Below, in pieces: positions 1 through 8,567 of a DNA stretch of 32,000 nt. The stretch lies in contig NC_010296.1 in the NCBI RefSeq assembly GCF_000010625.1, positions 2,040,001 to 2,072,000 of the forward strand. Reading direction: 5' to 3'. This DNA comes from Microcystis aeruginosa NIES-843 (lineage in GTDB: Bacteria; Cyanobacteriota; Cyanobacteriia; Cyanobacteriales; Microcystaceae). Below the pieces are notes generated by a model. It was not told where the DNA came from and searched no databases. It saw only the letters and a program-made list of their open reading frames with translations. How positions within the stretch are numbered: the stretch's first letter is position 1; every line of letters starts with the position of its first letter. Both the position numbers and the translations under genes were made by a program.

Positions 1-2
1 CC

Positions 3-854
3 TTCGAGTTAGGGCGACGTTTTGGACTGCTCAAAAGGGTCAATCTCAAAGCTTGGTGGCAAGAACGGGAAGATGTCTCGGCAGTACAGCGCTTGGGCGA
101 ATTTATCGAAGAAGTGTTATTGCTGGAAGTGGGGATCGTGGAAGGTTCTCCCCCGAAACCGATCGCGATTTTTATCGATGAAATTGATAGCGTTTTGGGC
201 TTAAATTTCGCGGTTAATGACTTTTTTGCCCTGATTCGTTCCTGCTATAACCAGCGTGGTTTTAACCCGCTCTATCGGCGTTTGACCTTCGCTTTCTTCG
301 GTGTTGTCACCCCCTCCGATTTAATTACCGACCACCAAATCACTCCTTTTAATATCGGTCATTCGATTCAATTGGAGGGTTTTAAGGAACACGAAGCCCA
401 GCCTTTACTGCGCGGATTGGCCGAGAAAGTTAGTAACCCGCAAACTGTCTTAAAAGAAGTCTTTGCTTGGACAAACGGTCAACCTTTTCTGACCCAAAAA
501 CTCTGTCAGTTAATTCGCACCGCCGCCTCGCCGATTCCCCCCAATGGTGAGGCCTCCTGGATTGAGGACTTGGTACAGAAGAAGATCATTGACAATTGGG
601 AGGCTCAGGATGAACCGGAACATCTGCGGACTATTCGCGATCGGCTTCTCAACAGTCATCGCTCCCAGTTGCTCCTGAAACTCTATGAACGGATTTTAAG
701 GGAAAAAGAGGTAATTTCCGAGGATAGCCCTCCAGAAAAAGAGTTACTTTTATCGGGGTTAGTGATCAAAGACCAAGGCCGGCTGCTGGTCCATAATCCC
801 ATCTATCAAGCAATCTTTAACCCCCATTGGCTGGCCCTGGCAAAATCAACCTAA
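3..854 (+). CDS. AAA-like / STAND-type NTPase domain protein, C-terminal portion (5' end outside window)
   Basis: The frame is open from base 3, and the 'M' at 93 in the ORF track is a TTG, so the gene enters from upstream. It has a Walker-B-like IAIFIDEIDS, then WTNGQPFLTQKLCQLI and a helical tail (LLKLYERIL, LLLSGLV, NPIYQAIF). These are typical of cyanobacterial AAA-like-domain proteins as I recall them. Confidence 0.6.
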   Translation, partial: FELGRRFGLLKRVNLKAWWQEREDVSAVQRLGEFIEEVLLLEVGIVEGSPPKPIAIFIDEIDSVLGLNFAVNDFFALIRSCYNQRGFNPLYRRLTFAFFGVVTPSDLITDHQITPFNIGHSIQLEGFKEHEAQPLLRGLAEKVSNPQTVLKEVFAWTNGQPFLTQKLCQLIRTAASPIPPNGEASWIEDLVQKKIIDNWEAQDEPEHLRTIRDRLLNSHRSQLLLKLYERILREKEVISEDSPPEKELLLSGLVIKDQGRLLVHNPIYQAIFNPHWLALAKST

Positions 855-947
855 TACTAAATCCTGTTTAAAAGGCATAGGATAGTGGGAAGTTAAAGTT
901 GGATTGGGAGTTAATCAAACTATTAAAAACGGATTTGCTAAGTAATG

Positions 948-1059
948 GAGGTAATATAGCGTTTTTCAGTCTGCTGAGGTACAAAAGTTATGGGTTTTAG
1001 GCAAAAGGGAAGAAAAATATGTGTACCTCACTAACTTAGGAAACGCTATATATTACCTC
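948..1059. repeat. 112-bp hairpin / MITE-like element
   Basis: The outer arms are GAGGTAATATAGCGTTT (948-964) and AAACGCTATATATTACCTC (1041-1059). The inner arms are TGAGGTACA (975-983) and TGTACCTCA (1022-1030). No ORF is present. Confidence 0.5.
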
Positions 1060-1088
1060 GTTCTTAGGTTCTACTGGGGAACGCTATG

Positions 1089-1440
1089 GGGAGCATCTCA
1101 CTCTTGTAACCCCTAAATCAGGTTTCATGTCAAGCTATTTTGAAAGCCTTGCTAGAAACCAGTTTTAGAGACAAGTATAATTAGGACTTGCTGAATAATG
1201 GTAAAACCCTTTGAAAATAAGGCTTTTGACCTGTTAAAATCTGATGTTAGTGCAAGAAAATAGGATTGGGACATTCAAAAACCTTGCATTATTCTCCTTA
1301 TAGTACATAAACTGGTACAAAAAAAGAGGGCAACAAAGCCTGAAACGACCGACTCCTGACTCCTGACTCCTGACTCCTACCCCCACGAAAAACTTTTTCA
1401 GCAAACCCTAATTACTAGCTTGCATAAATGAGATGCTCCC
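1089..1440. repeat. About 350-bp segment bounded by a 12-bp inverted repeat, enclosing a heptamer array
   Basis: GGGAGCATCTCA at 1089-1100 has its exact reverse complement TGAGATGCTCCC at 1429-1440. The interior is non-coding. Confidence 0.35.
1351..1378. repeat. STRR-type heptamer array (GACTCCT)x4
   Basis: The tandem array is read directly. It is followed by AAACTTTTTCAGCAAACCCTAATTAC, which recurs at 10449-10475. Confidence 0.9.
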
Positions 1441-1487
1441 TGGAGATTCGTGCGATCGCTCTGTATAATCAATGATCCCGAACCTTG

Positions 1488-1521
1488 GTGATTAAAAAAG
1501 CGTTAATTGCTTTTTTATCAC
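1488..1521 (-). terminator. A/T-rich hairpin 29 nt downstream of the thioredoxin-domain gene stop (possible terminator)
   Basis: GTGATTAAAAAAGC (1488-1501), loop GTTAATT, then GCTTTTTTATCAC (1509-1521). There is no clean U-tail on the minus strand, so the call is weak. Confidence 0.3.
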
Positions 1522-1549
1522 TGTTCTCTGCTTGAGAGAGAAAAAAACC

Positions 1550-3628
1550 TTAACCGAGTAGTATTGACTCCCCCCTCATCACCCCAGCAATTTGTCGGTC
1601 TAACTGTTCTAAATTTTCCGCTGGTTCAAGGCAGCATAACCCTTGACAAATTAACCCAAATGTGCTAGAGGGCAAACTGGCATCGACTCGATACACCGCA
1701 GTGGGCAAATAGCGACTTAACAGCGACTCGATCGAGCTTTCCGGGGCGCGCAGACAGAAACCGTGACGATAGTGATCGAGGGCAACAAATAAACTGGGGC
1801 AAGCGGTGGGGGACTCTTCTAGGATGGTACTAAAAGATTGCAAGGCCTTTTCGGCCCGATCGAGATATTCTAGATTTTCCGTCAATCGCGACAGACGCAA
1901 TAAATTAGCGATCGCAATTCCGTTGGCCGAAGGGGTGGCATTATCCGTATAACCCCGTTCTCGCACGATCAGATCGAGACTATGATCAGAAGCAGTATTA
2001 AAATATCCTCCCTCATCCTCGGCCCAAAACCAGCGATCAAATTCCCCCTGTAAATCGATAGCCGCCTCTAACCAGCCAGTTTCTTGCGGTTTAGCGGTTT
2101 GCAAGTCCAGCAAAGCCTTAATAAAATAGGCAAAATCCTCCGATTGGGCCAAAACCGAGGCCTGACCCTGATAATTCAAGCGCTGAAAACGTCCATCTAA
2201 CCACTGATGCTTGAGAATAAACTCGGCCGCGACCGTAGCCATTTGCCAGTACAAAGGTTCACCAAAGACGGCAAAGGCCCGGGCTAAACCGGAAATCATC
2301 AAACTATTCCAAGCGACGATCATTTTCGTATCCGTTACCGCCGGAATGCGTCCCGGCCAAGAGACAGTTTTCGCCTCCTGATTGTCTCTGGCCGGGGGAA
2401 AAAGAGCTAATTGGGCTTGAGAACTGCCATAACGCCGAATAAATAACTTATCGAGCATATTTTCTATCTCCTTCCCTAATTCTCCCCCTTGCCGACGTTG
2501 CAGCACATTACGACCCTCAAAATTCCCCTCGGCAGTGACGGTAAAATTAGCCTGCAGCAGCCCCAATTCCTCGGTCGAGAGATAATCCCTTAACTCCAGA
2601 TCCGACCAGACATAAAAGGCCCCTTCCTCCGGTTCCCCATCCGTGGCCTTCTCAAAACTATCGGCATCTTGGGCCGCATAAAAATAACCTTCTGGGGCGG
2701 TCATTTCCCGTTTTAGCCAGTTAACCGTGCCTTTAATCCCTCTCTCAAAGGCCGCCTCTCGATTACCCGCACTCCACAAATTGGCTAAATATTCGACAAT
2801 TTGCCCGTTATCGTAGAGCATTTTTTCAAAATGGGGAACTGTCCACGTCGAATCCACCGTATAACGATGGAATCCTCCCCCCACATGGTCATAGATTCCC
2901 CCCAGGGCCAGATCTTCCCCCCGTTGATAGGCCGCTTGCCGGAGGGAATCGTCAAAATCGTCACCAAAGCGACTACCCTGCAAAGCCAGATGAGAATATG
3001 GAATCATCGGAAAACTGGGCCGACCGTAGTTATTGGGATTAACCCGAATCACCGCCGTATTTGTCTCGATTCCTGTGGCTAAAAGGGAAGGAGCGGCTAA
3101 ATTAGTCTCTGATCGGGGTAAAATAGCTGATTGACGCAGTGCGCCCAGCATTTCGGCCGTAAATTTGCTTAATTTCTCCTTTTCCTCGTCATAATAGCGA
3201 CGTACCGATTGCAACACTTGCAGAAAACCGGGCCGGTTAAAGCGCGGTTGCACGGGAAAATAGGTGCCACCATAGAAGGGAATTAAACTATCGGGTGTTA
3301 GGAAGACATTCAGCGGCCAACCCCCTTGACCGACCATCATCTGCAATGCTTGCATATAGATACTATCGATGTCCGGTCTTTCCTCGCGATCAACTTTGAT
3401 CGGCAAAAAATACTGATTGAGATAATCGGCAATGGCCTGATCGGAAAAAGCTTCTCCTTCCATAACCGTACACCAATGACAGCTAGAATAACCGATCGAG
3501 AGAAAGATCGGTTTATCTTCTCTCCTGGCAATTTCTAGGGCGCTGTCACACCAATACCACCAATCGATCGGGTTTTCGGCGTGTTTTCGCAGGTAAAGAC
3601 TTTCAGATGCAGCCAGATGATTAGCCAT
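1550..3628 (-). CDS. Thioredoxin-domain protein of the YyaL/DUF255 (SPATA20-like) family with an N-acylglucosamine-epimerase-like alpha/alpha barrel
   Basis: 692 aa. The N-terminus reads ENPIDWWYW...KPIFLSIGYSSCHWCTVME, a thioredoxin-like CxxC. The long C-terminal region is typical of this family. Confidence 0.85.
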   Translation of the reverse strand: MANHLAASESLYLRKHAENPIDWWYWCDSALEIARREDKPIFLSIGYSSCHWCTVMEGEAFSDQAIADYLNQYFLPIKVDREERPDIDSIYMQALQMMVGQGGWPLNVFLTPDSLIPFYGGTYFPVQPRFNRPGFLQVLQSVRRYYDEEKEKLSKFTAEMLGALRQSAILPRSETNLAAPSLLATGIETNTAVIRVNPNNYGRPSFPMIPYSHLALQGSRFGDDFDDSLRQAAYQRGEDLALGGIYDHVGGGFHRYTVDSTWTVPHFEKMLYDNGQIVEYLANLWSAGNREAAFERGIKGTVNWLKREMTAPEGYFYAAQDADSFEKATDGEPEEGAFYVWSDLELRDYLSTEELGLLQANFTVTAEGNFEGRNVLQRRQGGELGKEIENMLDKLFIRRYGSSQAQLALFPPARDNQEAKTVSWPGRIPAVTDTKMIVAWNSLMISGLARAFAVFGEPLYWQMATVAAEFILKHQWLDGRFQRLNYQGQASVLAQSEDFAYFIKALLDLQTAKPQETGWLEAAIDLQGEFDRWFWAEDEGGYFNTASDHSLDLIVRERGYTDNATPSANGIAIANLLRLSRLTENLEYLDRAEKALQSFSTILEESPTACPSLFVALDHYRHGFCLRAPESSIESLLSRYLPTAVYRVDASLPSSTFGLICQGLCCLEPAENLEQLDRQIAGVMRGESILLG

Positions 3629-3705
3629 GGGAAAAGGGGTATTTTTGCTCTTGCTGCTTATTAGTTTAAGCTAATTAGAGACTAACCGGAATCAAGCCTC
3701 TGCTT

Positions 3706-4314
3706 ATGCTGAAAACTTCGATCGCCCTAGGATTTTTTCTCACTCAATCTTTGCCCCTTAACCCGCAAGTGCAGGGGGTGGCTAATCATTTAATTGGGGT
3801 TATGGATACCAGGGAACAAGCGCAGACTAACCCGCGTATTGCTAAGGTGCAAATGACTACCTGTGCGGTGGATTTTTCCCCCAAACAGGATAGTATTTAT
3901 CTTTATCAGGAACAGGCAATTATCGATCGCTTAAATCAACCCTATCGTCAAAGAATTTTAGTCATTCAACCTAGCGCTGATAATTCCACTGTGGAATCGA
4001 AAGCTTATAAGTTAAATAATGCCCCTAACTTTATTAATTTTTGTAACAAAGACTTGACAGAAAGAGAATTGAATGTATCAGATTTGGCTGAGTCGGTGTG
4101 TACTGTGTTTTTACAACCGATAGCGGGGGGTTATCGGGGAGAAACTCCCCCCCAGGGTTGTCCCACTAATGCCAGAGGTGCGGTGAAAATAACTAATACA
4201 ATTATTCTACATTCCCAGGGCATGGATACCAGCGATCGAGGTTATGATAGCCTTGGGCAGCAGGTATGGGGAGCGCAGGATAATGTCTATCAATTTCGCT
4301 GGCAAAAACCCTAA
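3706..4314 (+). CDS. CpcT/CpeT-family (DUF1001) bilin-lyase-like protein
   Basis: 202 aa. Motifs are [15 protein letters not shown]...[10 protein letters not shown], and a C-terminal ...SDRGYD...GQQVWGA...YQFRW, all characteristic of DUF1001. It carries an unusual hydrophobic N-terminal extension of about 24 aa. Confidence 0.6.
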
Positions 4315-4425
4315 AATCGGCTTTCCTGTTTCATCGGAAATTTTGGGTCTGAAACCCCGCCGTTTTACGGCGGCTTTGCTGTTAAATCTTAGCGCATTTA
4401 CAAAATATGTGTTAGAATGTGAGGT

Positions 4426-5613
4426 ATGGAAAAAGCCTATTCGTTTCGATTTTACCCCACACCAAAACAAGAGTCGCTATTGCGGCGCACATTGGGCTGT
4501 GTAAGATTAGTTTACAACAAAGCTCTCCACGAACGAACACAAGCTTGGTATGAAAGACAAGAAAGAGTAGGATATACTGAAACTTCTTCAATGTTGACCG
4601 AGTGGAAAAAGCAAGAAGAATTAGACTTTCTCAATGAGGTAAGCTGTGTACCTTTACAACAAGGGTTAAGACACCTACAAACAGCTTTCACTAATTTCTT
4701 TGCTGGTCGTACTAAGTATCCTAACTTTAAGAAAAAACATCAGGGAGGAAGTGCCGAATTTACCAAATCTGCTTTTAAGTTCAAAGACAAACAAATCTAT
4801 TTAGCTAAATGCACAGAACCTTTACCTATTCGATGGTCAAGACAAATACCAGACGGATGTGAACCAAGCACAGTAACAGTCAGATTACATCCCTCAGGAC
4901 GTTGGCATATTTCAATTAGATTTGATGACCCAACGATTAAGCCATTACCAGTAACAGATAAAGCCATTGGAATTGACTTAGGAATTAGTAGCCTCGTGAT
5001 TACCAGCGATGGCGATAAAGTGTCTAATCCCAAGCATTTTAAAAGGCATTATCGGAGACTGCGAAAGGCACAAAAAAGCCTTTCTAGAAAACAGAAAGGG
5101 TCAAAAAATCGGGAAAAAGCAAGAATCAAAGTAGCCAAGATTCACGCCCAAATTACTGATAACAGAAAAGACCATTTACACAAGCTAACCACTCAATTAG
5201 TTCGTGAAAACCAAACGATTGTGGTTGAGAATTTAGCCGTCAAGAATATGGTCAAAAACCCGAAATTATCTCAGGCAATATCTGACGTTAGTTGGGGAGA
5301 AATCACTCGACAATTAGCCTATAAATGCCGTTGGTATGGAAGAAATTACATCGAAATAGATAGATGGTTTCCTAGCTCTAAAAGATGTAGTAATTGTGGG
5401 CATATTGCTGAGAAAATGCCGTTAAATGTTCGAGAATGGGACTGTCCAGACTGTGGGACTCACCATGACCGAGATATTAACGCCAGTAAAAATATTTTGG
5501 CCGCAGGGCTTGCGGTGTCAGTCTGTAGAGCGACCATAAGACCAGAACAGAGTAAATCTGTTAAGGCAGGTGCGAAAAATCCTTCGGGAAAGAAGCAGAA
5601 ACCTAAATCGTGA
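4426..5613 (+). CDS. tnpB: TnpB (OrfB) RNA-guided endonuclease / IS605-family accessory protein
   Basis: 395 aa. It has the N-terminal MEKAYSFRFYPT..Q...L motif. RuvC-like motifs are IGIDLGI, VVENL and HDRDINASKNI. The zinc finger reads CSNCG...CPDCG. Confidence 0.92.
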   Translation: MEKAYSFRFYPTPKQESLLRRTLGCVRLVYNKALHERTQAWYERQERVGYTETSSMLTEWKKQEELDFLNEVSCVPLQQGLRHLQTAFTNFFAGRTKYPNFKKKHQGGSAEFTKSAFKFKDKQIYLAKCTEPLPIRWSRQIPDGCEPSTVTVRLHPSGRWHISIRFDDPTIKPLPVTDKAIGIDLGISSLVITSDGDKVSNPKHFKRHYRRLRKAQKSLSRKQKGSKNREKARIKVAKIHAQITDNRKDHLHKLTTQLVRENQTIVVENLAVKNMVKNPKLSQAISDVSWGEITRQLAYKCRWYGRNYIEIDRWFPSSKRCSNCGHIAEKMPLNVREWDCPDCGTHHDRDINASKNILAAGLAVSVCRATIRPEQSKSVKAGAKNPSGKKQKPKS

Positions 5614-5655
5614 GGTTTGGGAATCACCGTCCGTTTACGGCGGTGAGGATGTCAA
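5470..5655 (+). ncRNA. Predicted omega-RNA (reRNA) scaffold of the TnpB element; the 5' boundary is a guess
   Basis: Established knowledge says TnpB guide RNAs derive from the tnpB 3' end plus the right end. Seen here is the right-end hairpin CACCGTCCG-TTTA-CGGCGGTG and a right-end block conserved with the derivative copy. No covariance test is possible here. Confidence 0.3.
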
Positions 5656-6612
5656 TAATGCCACATCGGCAGCAAAATAGGTCAAAATCAAATCGGCCCC
5701 CGCTCGTTTCATACTGGTTAAAGTTTCCAAAATCAGGCTTTTTTCGTCAATCCAGCCCTGTTTTGCCGCCGCTTTAATCATTGCGTATTCACCACTAACA
5801 TTGTAAGCGGCGACGGGAAGATGGCTACTATCGCGCAGACGACGGATAATATCGAGGTAGGCCAGAGCGGGCTTAACCATAATAATATCTGCCCCTTCTG
5901 TTATGTCTAAACTGGCTTCCCGTAAGGCTTCCCGACTATTAGCCCCATCCATTTGATAGGTTTTCTTATCACCAAATTTTGGGGCTGATTCTAAGGCATC
6001 TCGGAAGGGACCATAATAAGCAGAGGCATATTTAGCCGTATAAGCGAGAATTCCCACATCCAGATACCCAGCCGCATCTAAAGCTCGACGGATCGCCCCG
6101 ACCCTACCATCCATCATATCGGAAGGGGCGACGAAATTAGCCCCGGCTGCCGCTTGCGAGAGCGACATTTTCACTAAAACTTCCAGGGTTTCATCGTTGA
6201 GAATTTTACCGTCCTCCACAATACCATCATGACCATAAATCGAAAAAGGATCGAGGGCAACATCGGTAATAATAATTATTTCAGGGACTTCTTTTTTAAT
6301 CGCTTTCACCGCCCTTGGCACTAAACCATCGGGATTATAACTTTCTCTACCGAAATTATCTTTTTTATCTTCGGCAATCAGGGGGAAAAGAGCGATGGCA
6401 TTAATGCCTAAATTATAAGCATTAACTACTTCTTTGAGCAATAAATCGAGGGAATAACGATAACAATCGGGCATAGAAGGAATAGCCACCTTTTGATTTT
6501 CTCCCTCCATGATAAAGAGGGGATAAATCAAGTCATTAACGGTTAATTCAGTTTCACGAACAAGACGGCGAATCGCTGGATTATAACGAAGACGACGGGG
6601 ACGAATCAGCAT
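5635..6612 (-). CDS. hemB: Porphobilinogen synthase (delta-aminolevulinate dehydratase), Asp-rich (Mg-type) metal site
   Basis: 325 aa. Motifs are RPRRLR, DVALDPFSIYGHDGIV, and the Schiff-base lysine context IMVKPALAYLD. The last 7 codons and the stop lie inside the IS right end. Confidence 0.93.
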   Translation of the reverse strand: MLIRPRRLRYNPAIRRLVRETELTVNDLIYPLFIMEGENQKVAIPSMPDCYRYSLDLLLKEVVNAYNLGINAIALFPLIAEDKKDNFGRESYNPDGLVPRAVKAIKKEVPEIIIITDVALDPFSIYGHDGIVEDGKILNDETLEVLVKMSLSQAAAGANFVAPSDMMDGRVGAIRRALDAAGYLDVGILAYTAKYASAYYGPFRDALESAPKFGDKKTYQMDGANSREALREASLDITEGADIIMVKPALAYLDIIRRLRDSSHLPVAAYNVSGEYAMIKAAAKQGWIDEKSLILETLTSMKRAGADLILTYFAADVALLTSSPP

Positions 6613-6728
6613 GATAACAGCGAGTTAAAAATAAAAAGTAAACAGTAAATAGCTGGTTTTGCTCTAGTTTTTTACCTAGGCAAAAACCGGGGATAGGACG
6701 ATCAAATAATCCTGATCCCCCTGACTAA

Positions 6729-7385
6729 TTAGTGAAAATCGGGACTATGACGAATCAAACTCATAAACTCTTGACGAGTCTTAGCAGAATCGGCAAAAAT
6801 ACCGCGCACGGCACTCGTAGAAGTCCAAGAACCGGGTTTTTCAACCCCGCGCATTACCATACACATATGAGTCGCTTCAATCACCACAGCTACCCCTTGA
6901 GGTTGTAGTAATCCTTGCAAAGCATCGGCAATTTGTGCGGTTAAACGTTCCTGTACTTGCAGTCGTCTGGCGTACATTTCACAGATGCGGGCAATTTTCG
7001 ATAAACCGATCACTTTCCCGTTAGGAATATAGGCAACATGAGCGCGGCCGATTATCGGTAAAATATGGTGTTCACAGGAGCTAAAAATATCGATGTCTCG
7101 GATTAAAACCATCTCGTTAGCATTCTCGTGAAAAACTGCCCCATTCAGCAATTCATCCAGGGATTGCTGATAACCAGAAGTGAGAAATTTTAGGGCTTTT
7201 ACTACTCGTTTAGGAGTGTCTCGTAAACCTTCGCGATCGGGATCTTCTCCTAATCCTAACAGCAGTGTTCGTACTGCTTGCATCATCTCGGCTTCCGATA
7301 CCGGCGATTTAGGTTCGGTAATCACTTCGGGAAAGTGATTGTAGTCATCATTGTCGAAAATTGCTTTGGACTTAGCTAAGGTCAT
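6729..7385 (-). CDS. folE: GTP cyclohydrolase I (type IA, Zn-dependent)
   Basis: 218 aa. Motifs are [25 protein letters not shown] and [11 protein letters not shown]. Confidence 0.93.
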   Translation of the reverse strand: MTLAKSKAIFDNDDYNHFPEVITEPKSPVSEAEMMQAVRTLLLGLGEDPDREGLRDTPKRVVKALKFLTSGYQQSLDELLNGAVFHENANEMVLIRDIDIFSSCEHHILPIIGRAHVAYIPNGKVIGLSKIARICEMYARRLQVQERLTAQIADALQGLLQPQGVAVVIEATHMCMVMRGVEKPGSWTSTSAVRGIFADSAKTRQEFMSLIRHSPDFH

Positions 7386-7692
7386 AGATATTTTATGGAC
7401 TCCAATAGTTAATTAATCGGCCAAGTTTTCTGATGTTACCAATTGTCAATAAATACCCTTTGCTAGAGTATTTATTTTTCTGGACATCTAGACGACAACT
7501 AATGAATGAAAGCTATTCGGTTATTCCCTCGTCTTTGGGGTTATCTCCGTGGGGAAACCTGGAAAAATTGATTTTCCTAGTCACCGAAAAAGTCTTGAGT
7601 ATCTCCCTAGTTAATTGAGGGCAGAGTTCTACTGCATAATTAATTTATTTTGTCAAGTAGTTCATTTGTTTGTTAGGGCAGGTTTCCTAGAA

Positions 7693-7707
7693 TGATAATC
7701 GTTATCA
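7693..7707. promoter_or_regulatory. Fur-family (Fur/Zur-type) box candidate
   Basis: TGATAATCGTTATCA gives perfect 6-bp arms TGATAA-N3-TTATCA. There is one mismatch to the 7-1-7 core TGATAAT-N-ATTATCA. It overlaps a TAGAAT hexamer at 7688-7693. Confidence 0.45.
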
Positions 7708-7813
7708 TTTTAACAAAAAATTTAGATTTACCAACAAAAATTTTGTCGCCAGATAAAGATAGTCCCGTTAAGCTATTTAACTTATTTTGAAGATGTAGAG
7801 AGATTTTGCGATT

Positions 7814-8392
7814 TTATCGCTTATATTCAGCAATATTACTGATTTTTTGGTATTCTTCCTCCGAGTATAAATCCGCCGGAGAAGCAAGGCGATCGAGAAA
7901 GAGGATTCCTTCCAGATGATCGTATTCGTGTTGAAAGATGCGCGCGACAAAATCCCTGAAAACTTGACGGATTTCGCGACCATTGCGATCGCAATAGGCC
8001 ACCTCGATCCACTGATGACGGGGGACAAAACCGCGTAAATTGGGGACACTGAGGCAACCTTCCCAACCCTTGACCATTTCCTCGCTGACCCGCAAAATGC
8101 GAGGATTAATCACGGCAGTGGGTGGCATCATCGGAGCGTCGGGATAACGAGGATTGGGGTGAGAAGCAACGATAAACAGACGCAGAGACCGAGCAACTTG
8201 GGGCGCGGCGATTCCCACCCCGTGGGCAGCTTGCACGGTGGTAATCAGGGAATCGATCAAATTTTGACAGTCAGCATCGAGAAGATTATCGATCGCTGCT
8301 GCTTTTTGCTGTAGAATTGGATTTCCTAATTGGGTGATTGTTAAAACTTGCGTCATCTGTCTAAAGATTAATTGTTTCGCTCTGAAAATCAT
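7814..8392 (-). CDS. def: Peptide deformylase
   Basis: Motifs are GVGIAAPQ, EGCLSVP and QHEYDHLEG. An alternative start is Met13 at 8356. Confidence 0.92.
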   Translation of the reverse strand: MIFRAKQLIFRQMTQVLTITQLGNPILQQKAAAIDNLLDADCQNLIDSLITTVQAAHGVGIAAPQVARSLRLFIVASHPNPRYPDAPMMPPTAVINPRILRVSEEMVKGWEGCLSVPNLRGFVPRHQWIEVAYCDRNGREIRQVFRDFVARIFQHEYDHLEGILFLDRLASPADLYSEEEYQKISNIAEYKR

Positions 8393-8460
8393 TTTATCTT
8401 GAGGGGAAAAATCTCGCTAAACTGATAAGGTTTCCCCGCAGCAGCACTAGAGCAACTTTG

Positions 8461-8567
8461 TTAATCAAAATTAACCGTGGATAGGCGTTGGGTTTCATGC
8501 TTCAACCCAACCTACGTTCATCTTATATTTAATTACACCCACCCACTTAATCAAAATTAACCGTGGA
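8461..8567 (+). repeat. Two perfect copies of a 21-mer flanking the dnaA leader
   Basis: TTAATCAAAATTAACCGTGGA occurs at 8461-8481 and 8547-8567. The second copy contains the dnaA GTG start. An 8-bp-stem hairpin GTTGGGTT...AACCCAAC lies between them. Confidence 0.8.

Larger units (their letters stand above)
4331..5655 (+). mobile_element. IS200/IS605-family element carrying only tnpB (no tnpA), copy 1; ends accurate to about 5 nt
   Basis: The left end TCATCGGAAATTTTGGGTCTGAAACCCC plus hairpin CCGCCG-TTTTA-CGGCGG is shared with 31377 onward and, reverse-complemented, with 10230-10266. The right end GAAGCAGAAACCTAAATCGTGAGGTTTGGGAATC plus hairpin plus GAGGATGTCAA is shared with 9907-9970 reverse-complemented. 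Confidence 0.85.

Noticed and set aside
2785-3538. Small ORFs on both strands inside the thioredoxin-domain gene (2785-2967, 2801-3082, 3326-3538, 3337-3531).
   Set aside because: They are fully embedded in a well-supported 692-aa CDS and have no motifs. These are typical shadow ORFs.
4207-4504. ORFs 4207-4470 (minus) and 4244-4504 (plus) spanning the cpcT-like 3' end and the IS left end.
   Set aside because: They cross the chromosome/IS junction and overlap two supported CDSs, so they are spurious.
7433-7618. A 61-aa ORF in the folE upstream region.
   Set aside because: It has no recognisable motif, no ribosome-binding site, odd composition, and lies in the likely folE promoter or leader. 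I treat it as non-coding.
8400-8562. I looked for an oriC-type cluster of DnaA boxes (TTATCCACA / TTTTCCACA) next to dnaA.
   Set aside because: Only two weak matches (7/9 and 6/9) occur, within the 21-bp repeats. The best TTTCCACA-like strings in the window are inside the MITEs at 21855-21910. This is not enough to call an origin.
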